Below are positions 29,887-39,772 of a stretch of 64,000 nt of DNA, one piece after another. Source of the stretch: an uncultured Candidatus Poseidoniales archaeon (GTDB lineage Archaea; Thermoplasmatota; Poseidoniia; Poseidoniales; Thalassarchaeaceae); the NCBI GenBank assembly GCA_964003245.1, contig CAXFIU010000002.1:7177-71176 (forward strand), read 5' to 3'. Numbering within the stretch: the first letter of the stretch is position 1; every line of letters begins with the position of its first letter. A program made the position numbers and the translations under genes. The notes beneath the pieces were generated by a model. It was not told where the DNA came from and ran no database searches. It saw nothing but the letters and a program-made list of their open reading frames with translations.

Positions 29887-30586
29887 AACACCTTGGATGT
29901 ATAAATTTCTTCTATTCGTCCTACCAGTGCCATTCAGAGCAATAACTAATATTCACTACTATGGATTAGAGAAAATACCTAAAGATAGTCCTGCAATCTT
30001 TGTTGCTAACCACACATCCCACGTAGATCCTTTTCTGAAAATTGTTGCTGCAAAGAGGCCAGTTCATTATCTCGCAAAAAAAGAACATTTTGAATCTCAT
30101 GCGACTAAAGTGTTGATGGAAAGTACCGGACAGATAAGTACTGCAAGAGAAAATGGTTCTAGAGATGCATTGGAAAAGGCAGTTGATGTACTTGAATCAG
30201 GTTGTTCAATGGGAATATTTCCAGAAGGGACAAGGTCGAGGAAAACTCATGCCCCATTTTTGCAAACAGGAAAAACTGGAGCCGCAAGATTAGCAGCAAA
30301 GTTTCCCAAAATACCAATAGTCCCTATTTCAATAAATGGTGCAAGAGATTTTATGAAACCAGGTAGTTTAATTATTAAACCTTGGAAAAGGATTGATGTT
30401 TATATCGGCGATTCAATTACTTTTTCGGAATGGTTATCTGATACTGAGGGAGGAAATTATAATGACCAAGGGATCGAAGTAATTATTTCAAAAAATGAAA
30501 ATGAAAAGAGAGAAGATATGAAACAAATATATCGAAAATTTACTGATCAAATTATTGAAACTCTAAGACTTAATGGCGCACCTTAA
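29750..30586 (+). CDS. plsC: 1-acyl-sn-glycerol-3-phosphate acyltransferase (PlsC/LPLAT family)
   Basis: Acyltransferase motif I FVANHTSHVDPF (HxxxxD) and motif III FPEGTRS. The ORF-track start 29537 overlaps the upstream gene, so the Met at 29750 (or 29816) is proposed. Confidence 0.7.
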   Translation: MRLTLVMRIESNKSNRLLRLKQMLSDKSLELISNEVGLEGGGTDFKTPWMYKFLLFVLPVPFRAITNIHYYGLEKIPKDSPAIFVANHTSHVDPFLKIVAAKRPVHYLAKKEHFESHATKVLMESTGQISTARENGSRDALEKAVDVLESGCSMGIFPEGTRSRKTHAPFLQTGKTGAARLAAKFPKIPIVPISINGARDFMKPGSLIIKPWKRIDVYIGDSITFSEWLSDTEGGNYNDQGIEVIISKNENEKREDMKQIYRKFTDQIIETLRLNGAP

Positions 30587-30640
30587 GTGAATAATAGAGA
30601 GTATCATTCAAAGACTGTCACTCTAACCGCTAATATCAGA

Positions 30641-31435
30641 ATGAAGCAGTATCTAGATTTCCTTAGTCGAATTCTCGAGGAAGGAGGAAGTAAGGAGGAT
30701 CGAACTGGAACAGGAACTAAGTCTATTTTTGGACATCAAATGAGATTTGATTTGTCAGAAAGTTTTCCTGCAGTTACAACAAAAAAAATTCATTGGCCAA
30801 GTGTAATTCATGAGCTTTTATGGATGATTTCAGGAGAAACTAATGTTCGTTATCTTCAAGAAAATAAAGTAAGAATATGGAATGAATGGGCCGATGAAAA
30901 TGGAGATTTAGGACCCGTATATGGAAAACAATGGAGAAAGTGGGTTTCAAATGATGGAGAAATAATCGACCAAATTAAGAATGCTGTTGAGTTAATCAAA
31001 AAAAGTCCTGATTCGAGAAGGATTATTGTCTCAGCATGGAATGTGGGAGAGTTAGATAAAATGGCTTTAATGCCATGTCATGCATTTTTCCAGTTCTATG
31101 TGAGAAATGGGAAATTGTCATGTCAATTATATCAAAGAAGTGCAGACGCATTTTTAGGTGTCCCATTTAATATTTCATCATATAGCCTACTGACATGTAT
31201 GATGGCTCAGATTTGTAAACTTGAACCAGGAGAATTTATCTGGACAGGAGGGGATTGTCACCTCTATACAAATCATCTCGAGCAAGCGAAATTACAAATC
31301 TCAAGAAGTCCACTAAAGCTACCAAAATTGATTTTGAATCCAGAAATTGAAGATATTGATGATTTTAAGGCTGAAGACATTAAAATTGTAGATTATGAAC
31401 ATCACCCTCATATTTCTGCTCCAATTTCAATTTGA
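30641..31435 (+). CDS. thyA: Thymidylate synthase (ThyA type)
   Basis: [38 protein letters not shown] is near-identical to the bacterial ThyA N-terminus. The catalytic Cys is in [13 protein letters not shown]. The start Met is 18 codons inside ORF 30587..31435. Confidence 0.9.
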   Translation: MKQYLDFLSRILEEGGSKEDRTGTGTKSIFGHQMRFDLSESFPAVTTKKIHWPSVIHELLWMISGETNVRYLQENKVRIWNEWADENGDLGPVYGKQWRKWVSNDGEIIDQIKNAVELIKKSPDSRRIIVSAWNVGELDKMALMPCHAFFQFYVRNGKLSCQLYQRSADAFLGVPFNISSYSLLTCMMAQICKLEPGEFIWTGGDCHLYTNHLEQAKLQISRSPLKLPKLILNPEIEDIDDFKAEDIKIVDYEHHPHISAPISI

Positions 31436-31444
31436 GGTAGTTAG

Positions 31445-31960
31445 ATGAAAATCATGATGATTGTAGCTATGGATGAACAAGGAATCATTGGTAAAGATGA
31501 AACGCTTCCTTGGAAATTATCTAATGATCTCCAGAGATTTAAAAAATTGACCGTTTCTGATGGATTTAATGCTGTTGTAATGGGAAGGAAAACGTGGGAA
31601 TCTCTACCTAATGGATTTAGACCTTTACCTGAAAGATTGAACATAGTAATGTCTAGAGATACAAAATGGTCTGATGACGGAGCAGAAATAGCGCTTTATC
31701 CTGGTAGAGCAATAGAAATTGCTTATGCTAACGGATGTGATGAATTATGGATTATAGGTGGATCACAAATATATGAATTGTACCTAACTCATGTCGAAGA
31801 AATTCATGTCACTAGAGTTCATACTAGAAATAGTGGAAATATTAGTTTTCCAGATTTAGATTGGTTGAATTGGACAGAAGAAATCATAGAAAAAATACCT
31901 AGAGATGGAAAAAATGAATATGATACAACATATTCTATATGGAGAAAGTCTGTAAAATAA
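31445..31960 (+). CDS. folA: Dihydrofolate reductase
   Basis: IVAMDEQGIIGKDETLPWKLSNDLQRFKKLT and GRKTWESLP are classic DHFR motifs. It lies 9 nt downstream of thyA. Confidence 0.85.
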   Translation: MKIMMIVAMDEQGIIGKDETLPWKLSNDLQRFKKLTVSDGFNAVVMGRKTWESLPNGFRPLPERLNIVMSRDTKWSDDGAEIALYPGRAIEIAYANGCDELWIIGGSQIYELYLTHVEEIHVTRVHTRNSGNISFPDLDWLNWTEEIIEKIPRDGKNEYDTTYSIWRKSVK

Positions 31961-31981
31961 GAAAACGTTTCAGTTAGAACT

Positions 31982-32755
31982 TTGCATAAATTTGAAGTAG
32001 ACTATTGTCAACCATTTACCATGAGAACTGACCATTTGCCTTTCCCTATGCCGGAAAGGAAACATTCTCTTAATCAGAATTGGAAAGGTCTTACTTTTAT
32101 GCATTGGGAAGTTGACCCTAATGTTCTTCGAAAACATATACCTGAAGATTTAGAAATTGAGCTCTTTGATGGCAAAGCATACATTGGCACTATCCCATTC
32201 AGGATGGAAAAAGTAAGACCCCGATTTCTCCCCTCAATATCTCTTATTTCGAATTTTCCAGAATTTAATATTAGGACTTATGTCAAGAAAAATGGAAAAA
32301 GTGGAGTATATTTCTTGACTCTTGATGCTCAAAGCCATATTACTTGCTTTTATGCTCCATTAGCATATGGCCTACCATATAGATATGCGAAATGTAAGTT
32401 TGAGAAAAATGAGGAAGGCGGTTATAATTGGCACTCAAAAAGAAAAGAAGACGGAGTATCTCTGAAAGGCGAATCAAGTTCCAGAGGACCTATTCTTCAA
32501 GCAGAAAAAAATAGTCTTGAGGAATTTCTTTTCGAGCGTTATTGTTTGTATGTTTATCACAAAGGCGAAACTTGTAGGGCATATACCTATCATGAGCCTT
32601 GGAAGTACAGAGTCGGAGAAGTTGAAATAATTGAAAACTCTCTGACAGACTCATATAATTTAGGAATAAAAGATATTTTTAATCCAGATCTTGTTCATGT
32701 TAGTGAAGGTGTTGAAGTATTAACTTGGAACATTAAACCAGTAGGTGAGGAATGA
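31982..32755 (+). CDS. DUF2071 (YqjF-like) family protein
   Basis: WKGLTFMHWEVDPNVLRKHIPEDLEIELFDGKAYIGTIPFRM resembles the DUF2071 consensus. Assigned from memory of the family pattern. Confidence 0.4.
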   Translation: MHKFEVDYCQPFTMRTDHLPFPMPERKHSLNQNWKGLTFMHWEVDPNVLRKHIPEDLEIELFDGKAYIGTIPFRMEKVRPRFLPSISLISNFPEFNIRTYVKKNGKSGVYFLTLDAQSHITCFYAPLAYGLPYRYAKCKFEKNEEGGYNWHSKRKEDGVSLKGESSSRGPILQAEKNSLEEFLFERYCLYVYHKGETCRAYTYHEPWKYRVGEVEIIENSLTDSYNLGIKDIFNPDLVHVSEGVEVLTWNIKPVGEE

Positions 32756-33151
32756 ATGGATAATGCAACATTGATTCTTGATGGAGATTGCGGTCTCTGT
32801 AATAGACTTGCCATATTCTTGAGCCCTAGATTACACAAAGGAAAAAAAATGTTATTCCTGACTAATGAAAGTGACAAAGGTAAAGAAATAATAAATAAAT
32901 TGCCTGCTGAGAAACAAAATGCAGATACTGTTTATTTGATTAAAAATGAAAAAACATACATAAGATCTGCAGCGACAATAAGATGTCTTCTATTTATGAA
33001 ATGGCATTACAAGATTCTTTATCCTTTTTGCTGGATTGTACCTCTTCCGATTAGAGATTTAGTATACGTCATTATCTCTAAAAATAGACACAAAATTTTT
33101 GCAACACCGGAAGTCTGTATGATTCCATCATTAAATGATCATGATGACTAA
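32756..33151 (+). CDS. Thiol-disulfide oxidoreductase DCC family (DUF393)
   Basis: N-terminal ILDGDCGLCNRLAIFL is the characteristic DCC (DxxCxxC) motif. ~130-aa size. Confidence 0.55.
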   Translation: MDNATLILDGDCGLCNRLAIFLSPRLHKGKKMLFLTNESDKGKEIINKLPAEKQNADTVYLIKNEKTYIRSAATIRCLLFMKWHYKILYPFCWIVPLPIRDLVYVIISKNRHKIFATPEVCMIPSLNDHDD

Positions 33152-34605
33152 TCATATTTCCAAGTAATATGCTCCGAATCAGGAAACTGATAATCATCGG
33201 ATTCCGGCCAATTAAGTTGTTTCGCAAGATAAATAATTGCTATTGTACTAGATAAATTTTCTGATATATTGATGTCTAGCAAACCATCACAACCATAAGC
33301 AAGACAGCCTATTGGAGCAAATGCATAATGTCCAGAATTATTGAATACAGCATAATTAATTATACTATCTCCCAATTGTAAAACAGTATTGTTTACTTGA
33401 GATATAGTTGTTGTTTCATCGGAATCACCAGTGAGAACTAACGTAGGTACAGAAACATTAGATATCCCATTATTGAGGACACTTGCATTCCAAGGAGAAA
33501 GCAATATAGTGGATTGAACTCTAGAATCAGGATTCGAAAATTCCAAGATTTCGGTATTGTTAAATATATTCAAAATTTCACAATTTAGCCCTGTGAAATC
33601 TGAATTATTGTCACTACAACCTGATTCTAAGTCGGGAGACAAAATTCTCGCACCTGAAATCATCATTGAGGTATATCCACCTGTAGATTGACCAATCATT
33701 GAGTATCCATCTTCAGGAACTATACAATTAAATAAATCACCATCGATATTGTTTTGACTTACTAACCAATCAAAACTTTCCATTATATCATCTGGACGTG
33801 AAAGAATATGAGTAGGAAGTTTATCTACATCAACATCAAATACCGTACCATACCTATGATTTGGAGCTATAGAGATGAAGCCGTGAGTTGCTAAACTTTC
33901 CATCATGAAGGCTGAACCCCATCGGATACTTGGAAATCCATGGCTGTAGATAGTTACAGGTCGAGGTTCAGAGCAGTCAGGCGTAGTATCATCTAATGCC
34001 ATACCAGGAAGTACATTATCATAAATTACCCTATCACCATTATTTTCTTTAGAAGGAAACCAAATTTGTAGAGTGACTTCATGCCCCCGAGGAGATGTAA
34101 AAACTACATCCATTGTTCCTGAAGTGAAAGGTCCATCTTCAAGTAAAGAAGTAACTGGTGATAAATCGAATTGATCTACTGAATCATTCCAACCATCACC
34201 ATCATCATCATTATCTACACCATTGGGTATTCCGTCAGAATCAGTATCCCATTTTTCATTGGAATCATAAGGATATTGATCTTCAAAATTTTCCACCCCA
34301 TCACCATCAATATCATCGTCTGAATTATCACCTATTCCATCACCATCTAAATCTGTGCTTTCATCTGAATCTAAAGGATGTGAATCATTTTCATCTAAAA
34401 AACCGTCATTATCATCATCTGAATCACATAAATCACCCATTTTATCTCCATCATAATCTAATTGAATAGGGTTAAAAATATCGGGGCAATTATCATCCTT
34501 ATCTGCAACATCATCTGAATCAACATCGGATTCACTTATACAACCGATTAATGAACTTGATAATAATAAAATAGATGCAAAAAAAGTGAAATCTCTTCTC
34601 AGCAC
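33148..34605 (-). CDS. Secreted alpha/beta-hydrolase (esterase/lipase-like) preceded by thrombospondin-type-3-like Ca-binding Asp repeats
   Basis: Signal peptide. ~130 aa of DxDxDG/DGD repeats (DLDGDGIGDNSDDDIDGDGVENFED...). Then a hydrolase domain with nucleophile elbow IGQSTGGY (GxSxG). Confidence 0.5.
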   Translation of the reverse strand: MLRRDFTFFASILLLSSSLIGCISESDVDSDDVADKDDNCPDIFNPIQLDYDGDKMGDLCDSDDDNDGFLDENDSHPLDSDESTDLDGDGIGDNSDDDIDGDGVENFEDQYPYDSNEKWDTDSDGIPNGVDNDDDGDGWNDSVDQFDLSPVTSLLEDGPFTSGTMDVVFTSPRGHEVTLQIWFPSKENNGDRVIYDNVLPGMALDDTTPDCSEPRPVTIYSHGFPSIRWGSAFMMESLATHGFISIAPNHRYGTVFDVDVDKLPTHILSRPDDIMESFDWLVSQNNIDGDLFNCIVPEDGYSMIGQSTGGYTSMMISGARILSPDLESGCSDNNSDFTGLNCEILNIFNNTEILEFSNPDSRVQSTILLSPWNASVLNNGISNVSVPTLVLTGDSDETTTISQVNNTVLQLGDSIINYAVFNNSGHYAFAPIGCLAYGCDGLLDINISENLSSTIAIIYLAKQLNWPESDDYQFPDSEHITWKYD

Positions 34606-34641
34606 AGTACTCTTTGAATATAACAGTAAATAAGTATATGT

Positions 34642-35040
34642 TTATTCTTTCTTATATTCAGTTACACGGATACCCAACTTAGTTTTGATAGCAGGCCTAT
34701 TCATTATTTTCTCCATTTTCATACAAAATTCATCATATAAATCAACCTTAAGTGCAAGTGAATGTCCTAAAATCAAAATAAGAATATCTGCTAATTCCTC
34801 TGCTGCTTCTTCTAGGGGTTTTTCTTTTGTTATAGCGGCTGCAAATTCCCCTAACTCTTCAACAGTTAGAGCTATTCTGTAACCCATATCATGCCCTTTA
34901 TTCTCTGGGTTATCGAAGTCAAATTTAGAATGAAATGAGGCTACCTTATGCATCATCATATTCCAAGATCTTTCGTCATTATTAAGATTCTCAATATTCA
35001 TCCAGTCCTCGACGCTAAGTGGTTTCATAAACAGACTCAA
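34642..35040 (-). CDS. MazG-like nucleotide pyrophosphohydrolase
   Basis: EELGEFAAAITKEK...EELADILILILGHS is the EExxE...ExxD MazG-type all-alpha NTP-PPase motif. Confidence 0.5.
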   Translation of the reverse strand: MSLFMKPLSVEDWMNIENLNNDERSWNMMMHKVASFHSKFDFDNPENKGHDMGYRIALTVEELGEFAAAITKEKPLEEAAEELADILILILGHSLALKVDLYDEFCMKMEKIMNRPAIKTKLGIRVTEYKKE

Positions 35041-35076
35041 AGGAGATTAGACATCAATATATTCCAAAAAGAATCT

Positions 35077-35835
35077 CTAAAATTTCTCTATTAAACCTTC
35101 AATACAGCTCATTACTTTCTCCCTCATAGACGAGGCCATAGAATCAACTTCGTTGTGGTCAATCTCGGCTTGAGGGTCGCCTGGAGTCCTTCCCGCAGCC
35201 CAGTTAGATGAACAGGCTAAAGCAACATGAGGAATATTTCTCTCAGAAACTAAACGTTGTTCTGGGCCTAAGGTCATTCCAACAACATCTGCTCCTAGCT
35301 TAACTAAAACATCAATTTCAGAAGGAGTCTCGAACTGAGGACCTATGCATTGAGCCACGATTAAATCTTTAATTACATGGCTTTGTATTTCATTAAGGAT
35401 ATTGTAGCAACAATCTATAGCCTTACTATCAAAAATACTAGTTCTATCAGAATGATGTACATTGTCATCATAGAATGTCCATGGGATTTGAGTTAGATCA
35501 ATTATGTCTTTTGAAATACCTATATCCCCCGGTGGGAAATCTTCTCTCATTGTGCCTACTGAATTAACACTCAATATAATGTCTGGATTACAACTTGAAA
35601 TTGCGAAAACATTTGCTCTATGTTCAATCATGTGAGGAGGTGTACGATTTCCAGATTTGGGATAGTGCCTATCTAAAATAAATAATCTATGTTCATTTTT
35701 CTCAACGACAAAAATCGGCACATCTCCCCATTTAGATTGAATTCTTAAATCAGATACATTATAACCAGATTTATTTCTAAAATCATTAGTTAATTCACTC
35801 ATACCAGTGCCACAAATCACAGCAACTCGAGTCAT
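35077..35835 (-). CDS. Purine nucleoside / 5'-methylthioadenosine phosphorylase (PNP/MTAP family)
   Basis: MTRVAVICGTGMSEL N-terminal phosphate-binding motif, ~250 aa, central VGMT region. Confidence 0.65.
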   Translation of the reverse strand: MTRVAVICGTGMSELTNDFRNKSGYNVSDLRIQSKWGDVPIFVVEKNEHRLFILDRHYPKSGNRTPPHMIEHRANVFAISSCNPDIILSVNSVGTMREDFPPGDIGISKDIIDLTQIPWTFYDDNVHHSDRTSIFDSKAIDCCYNILNEIQSHVIKDLIVAQCIGPQFETPSEIDVLVKLGADVVGMTLGPEQRLVSERNIPHVALACSSNWAAGRTPGDPQAEIDHNEVDSMASSMREKVMSCIEGLIEKF

Positions 35836-35879
35836 ATCTCCCCTCTCAATGAGAGGTTAATGTTTCTTGTTATTAACAA

Positions 35880-36758
35880 TCACTCATTCAGTCTGTCAAT
35901 TAATTCAGCCTTTTTACCTGAAACAGGTTTACCTGCAGCCTTCAGAAGTTCCTTTAATTCGCTGACTGTTAACGAAGAATAATCTACTTCCGCACTTTCA
36001 GAAGATTCTGCCTCTGCTACCTCTTCAGAAACTATTTCTTCATCAGTAATTTCCTCGCTTACCTCTTCAGTAACCTCGGAAGATTTTGCTTCTAATTCTT
36101 CTTTTTCTTGAGCATGAATCTCATCAAGAGTTGGCCCATCTTCTACCAAGACTCCTGATTGAATTAGTTGGGTGCGGCGAATTACAACAGTTCTAACAGG
36201 TTGGATTTTAGATACAGCCTCTTTGATTTTATTCTCAAGAGTTCCATCAAGTGTTGCTGTTTGTAAACTGAACCATGTTGATGTTGCTCCAGTAGTTAGG
36301 ATAATGTCTCTGGCAATTGTACGCATTTTCTGTTTCTGGCTGGACTTTATCCTAGCTCTTGAAATCATCAGCGGTTTGAAGCGAATATAATAACCATCTT
36401 CAGTTACAACATCGATTGTGTCATCAATTTTCCCACGATCTCTTCTTACCTGCCTGCGAACATGATCTTTCAAAAGTTCATGACCTACAAATTCTGTAAT
36501 TGCGTCGTTTCCAAGAACATCTGTAACTTTGAAAACAACTTTAACATGCATCTTAGAAAAATCACCATCTAATTCATTTTGAATAATTTCATAATTTCTT
36601 CCGATTAATTGAGAAGGTTCCTCTGCTAGAGTCTCTCCTATTACTCTAAATGACCAAGGAGTTCTAGGAGCCCTGATAGTATACCAACGCTTTGCCTTCC
36701 ACTTATCTCTCTGTTTACGTGCCGCTGCTCTTGCTGATGCTCCTTTTGCCATTTTCAA
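35880..36758 (-). CDS. rps3ae: 30S ribosomal protein S3Ae (eS1) with C-terminal acidic linker and SAP-like domain
   Basis: KQRDKWKAKRWYTIRAPRTPWSFRVIGETLAEEPSQLIGRNYEI is the S3Ae signature. The extra ~90 C-terminal aa end in LTVSELKELLKAAGKPVSGKKAELIDRLNE (SAP/HeH-like). Confidence 0.8.
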   Translation of the reverse strand: MKMAKGASARAAARKQRDKWKAKRWYTIRAPRTPWSFRVIGETLAEEPSQLIGRNYEIIQNELDGDFSKMHVKVVFKVTDVLGNDAITEFVGHELLKDHVRRQVRRDRGKIDDTIDVVTEDGYYIRFKPLMISRARIKSSQKQKMRTIARDIILTTGATSTWFSLQTATLDGTLENKIKEAVSKIQPVRTVVIRRTQLIQSGVLVEDGPTLDEIHAQEKEELEAKSSEVTEEVSEEITDEEIVSEEVAEAESSESAEVDYSSLTVSELKELLKAAGKPVSGKKAELIDRLNE

Positions 36759-36856
36759 CGACTCCGTATATACCGGGGGCTGCCCCGTTTGCGAGCCGTG
36801 CGACTTTCATGCAGTATATGAACGAGACGCTATAACCGTCCTTAGAAAAATAAGGA

Positions 36857-37327
36857 ATGCGTGGCATTCAATACTGTTATCCTTTAGGGAAGGGTATGGG
36901 CCTGCATAGCGTATCATGGAGAGTTAATGTTAGTGCACTAGATCAGATTAAATTGATTGAAGATTCATTAAAATGGATTGCTGGAGAAAAATCTTCTATT
37001 GAAATAACAAAAGACAAATCATTCCATGGTGCTGAACAATTCACCATTGTAGCAAAAAATATGAAGAAGAAAGATTCTCGGAAATCTCTAGAAAGACTAG
37101 GGAAGGATGTTCTGAAAGAACTATTAGAAAATAATATTCGACTAAGAATAGATGAAGATAAGAATTTTTACGTCAGATTAAAGTTGAGTGAACTTGTTAA
37201 AGGAGAAATAAGTTTAGCAGATAGAAATACAATTTCTTCTACGGTTAAGGGTAAATTCAAGATTGAATCATACCCTGGAGACTCAACTATCGATGTTATT
37301 TCAAACTTAATTAAGGAATTAATTTAG
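36857..37327 (+). CDS. Hypothetical protein
   Basis: ORF only; no recognisable family. The N-terminus overlaps a GC-rich upstream region, so the true start may be later. Confidence 0.3.
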   Translation: MRGIQYCYPLGKGMGLHSVSWRVNVSALDQIKLIEDSLKWIAGEKSSIEITKDKSFHGAEQFTIVAKNMKKKDSRKSLERLGKDVLKELLENNIRLRIDEDKNFYVRLKLSELVKGEISLADRNTISSTVKGKFKIESYPGDSTIDVISNLIKELI

Positions 37328-37406
37328 TCCGAAAAAGTTTAGGGGAACCTAAACAAATTTGTACGCAATACAAGGTTTCTTATGTGTAATTGATACATGA
37401 AGTAAC

Positions 37407-37679
37407 ATGACTCACGTGGTTACTGAAGCTTGTGTAATGCACAAATATCAAGATTGTGTTGCAGTTTGTCCAGTGGAAGCTTTTAGAGAACATGAAAATT
37501 ATCTTGTAATTGATCCCGATGAATGCATAGATTGTGCTGCATGTGTTCCTGAATGCCCCGTAGAAGCAATTTTCGCTGATACTGATTTACCTGACGATCA
37601 AGAACATTGGTTGGACAAGAATGAGAACGAAGCACCCGATCTCCCAATCGCTGAAGGGGATTCTCCAGTTTTAGCTTAA
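37407..37679 (+). CDS. fdxA: 7Fe ferredoxin (FdxA-type, [3Fe-4S][4Fe-4S])
   Basis: [18 protein letters not shown]...[24 protein letters not shown] closely matches the Azotobacter-type 7Fe ferredoxin cysteine spacing. Confidence 0.85.
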   Translation: MTHVVTEACVMHKYQDCVAVCPVEAFREHENYLVIDPDECIDCAACVPECPVEAIFADTDLPDDQEHWLDKNENEAPDLPIAEGDSPVLA

Positions 37680-37738
37680 TCTTGATATGATTGATTAGTA
37701 TTTTATGAACATAAGTTCATCAAGGGTAACCATGACGA

Positions 37739-38734
37739 ATGCCCATGAGTACGAGGTTCAACTTCACTGACATGAGGCATGGCACTTCTTTGTTAAAGAG
37801 AGGATTTGCTAAAATGCAAGAAGGTGGCGTAATTATGGATGTAGTTACTCCAGAAGAGGCTCATATAGCTGAAGATGCAGGAGCAGTTTCTGTAATGGCT
37901 TTAGAAAGAGTTCCTGCAGATATTAGAGCTCAGGGCGGGGTTGCAAGAATGAGCCATCCAGATATGATTAAAGAAATTATTGAAACCACAAGTATTCCTG
38001 TAATGGCCAAAGCCAGAATAGGTCATGATGATGAGGCAAAAGTTTTGCAATCACTCGGAGTAGATATGGTTGATGAATCAGAAGTATTGACTCCAGCAGA
38101 TCCATTCTACCATATAGCAAAGAATGATTTTACAATACCATTTGTTTGTGGATGTACAAATCTTGGAGAAGCAATAAGAAGAGTTGCAGAAGGTGCTGCT
38201 ATGATTAGAACGAAGGGTGAAGCAGGAACTGGTAATGTAGTAAGTGCTGTTCAACATGCAAGATTGGTAAAGGAAGAAATACTCCATGCGAAGAATACTG
38301 ATTCAAGCGGAATAGAAGACATGGTCAATGTAATTATGAAAGGTTTTAACAGAATGCCTGATGTATCTGAATTTGATATTTCAATAAAAAATACACCTTT
38401 TGGAAGTTTTTCAGGACTAAAAAAAGAAGTAGAATCAATATTGCTTGAGGTAGTAGAAATGGAGAGGTTACCTGTAGTGACATTCTCGGCAGGAGGGATT
38501 GCGACACCAGCAGATGCTGCTTTGATGATGAATCATGGAATGGATGGCATATTTGTTGGTTCGGGAATTTTCAAAAGTTCAGATCCTAAAACAACAGCGG
38601 AGGCGATTGTCCTAGCAACGCATAGATTTCAAGATCCTGACTCTGTTGCGGAAGCAAGTAGAATGATTGGAGAGCCCATGCCAGGTTTAGAAATAGAAAC
38701 CCTAGATGTTAGAATGGAAAAAAGAGGATGGTAA
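37739..38734 (+). CDS. pdxS: Pyridoxal 5'-phosphate synthase subunit PdxS (Pdx1)
   Basis: [43 protein letters not shown] matches strongly across the full length. The start may be a later Met. Confidence 0.9.
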   Translation: MPMSTRFNFTDMRHGTSLLKRGFAKMQEGGVIMDVVTPEEAHIAEDAGAVSVMALERVPADIRAQGGVARMSHPDMIKEIIETTSIPVMAKARIGHDDEAKVLQSLGVDMVDESEVLTPADPFYHIAKNDFTIPFVCGCTNLGEAIRRVAEGAAMIRTKGEAGTGNVVSAVQHARLVKEEILHAKNTDSSGIEDMVNVIMKGFNRMPDVSEFDISIKNTPFGSFSGLKKEVESILLEVVEMERLPVVTFSAGGIATPADAALMMNHGMDGIFVGSGIFKSSDPKTTAEAIVLATHRFQDPDSVAEASRMIGEPMPGLEIETLDVRMEKRGW

Positions 38735-39772
38735 TTATTTCCTACCACGAGTTGTTCCGAGTTTTCTTGACTGCTTCTTACCCTTAATATTCTTAGTAAC
38801 AGGGGATTTTGAATCACCTGTTAAAACTCCACCGAGAGTTAATGATCCACTGTTGATTAATTGAGATGCCAAAGAATCAGCCATCCCCTCATCTTCACTT
38901 GGTAACTTTAGAGCATCTTTGACAGATTGATTATGATCTTTAATTACTTTCAAACGTTCTTCTTCAGCAGCTTTCATTTCGTCTCTAATCTCATTTACTT
39001 GACCAATTAACTCTTTCATATTCTCATGAACTTCATTAGCAGATTCTCTATGTGCGACATATGCTAAATGGAATCTATCAGCCTCCGCTCGCAGAAAGTC
39101 TCTTTCCGCTAGCATAGGTTTCACATCTTCCCAAATTAAATCTGCTTGCTTATGAAAATCAATCATTTCTTGGTGCGCTTTATCTGCTTCGGATTTTAGT
39201 AATTTGATAGAACCATCCATGTCTCCTATATCAATATTAATTGCCTCAAAGTCTTTTACTGCAGGCATTAATTTATCTCTCTTAGAGATTAAAACTTTTA
39301 ATTTCTTAAGTAATTTATTCTCGGTTTCTAAAATTAATCGGCCATCAGTCATCATAGTATTCTCGATTTTTTCTATTTCATTAATAGTCTCAGATAATTC
39401 TATGACAACAGACTTAGTACCTTTAGCCTCATCTTTACGACCCCTATTTTGATTAATCAGTTCTCTAATTTGATTTTGAATTTCATCTCTTCTTGCTTTA
39501 CATATTTGAGCCTGGTCTCTTACTTTTTTCTGTTCGTCTAATTTCTCTTTAATGGATTCTCTGATTTCCTTACTTTGTTCTTGTAAAGCATTTCTTGAAT
39601 CCGCAGCTCGACGAGCATCTTCATTAAATGAATTCCTTTGATCTTTCATTCTACGGATCTTTGTTTCCATAGCATGTAATCTTGTTCTAAGATCATCATC
39701 AGGTCCCTTCTGCTCATCTTTCACAAGGCTCGCGAGAGAGGGCCCCTTCTTCAATGAAACTACTTGATTCAT
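38735..39772 (-). CDS. Coiled-coil protein, family member 1 (basic KR-rich C-terminal tail)
   Basis: Heptad-rich, highly charged. C-terminal motif LINSGSLTLGGVLTGDS then KGKKQSRKLGTTRGRK, shared with the ORFs at 44810 and 45861. Confidence 0.45.
   Translation of the reverse strand: MNQVVSLKKGPSLASLVKDEQKGPDDDLRTRLHAMETKIRRMKDQRNSFNEDARRAADSRNALQEQSKEIRESIKEKLDEQKKVRDQAQICKARRDEIQNQIRELINQNRGRKDEAKGTKSVVIELSETINEIEKIENTMMTDGRLILETENKLLKKLKVLISKRDKLMPAVKDFEAINIDIGDMDGSIKLLKSEADKAHQEMIDFHKQADLIWEDVKPMLAERDFLRAEADRFHLAYVAHRESANEVHENMKELIGQVNEIRDEMKAAEEERLKVIKDHNQSVKDALKLPSEDEGMADSLASQLINSGSLTLGGVLTGDSKSPVTKNIKGKKQSRKLGTTRGRK

Noticed and set aside
34158-34469. 103-aa extremely His-rich ORF (HHHHHHYLHHW...)
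   Set aside because: Lies antisense to the Asp-rich TSP3-like repeat region of the secreted hydrolase gene. GAT/GAC codons read on the other strand give ATC/GTC..CAT/CAC runs, so it is a mirror-strand artefact.
36759-36930. GC-enriched stretch upstream of S3Ae, overlapping the start of ORF 36857 (contains cgggggctgccccg hairpin and two TATA-like gtatata elements)
   Set aside because: Most simply explained as divergent promoter elements (TATA/BRE) for rps3ae and the 36857 gene. An ncRNA cannot be excluded, but no recognisable family signature was seen.
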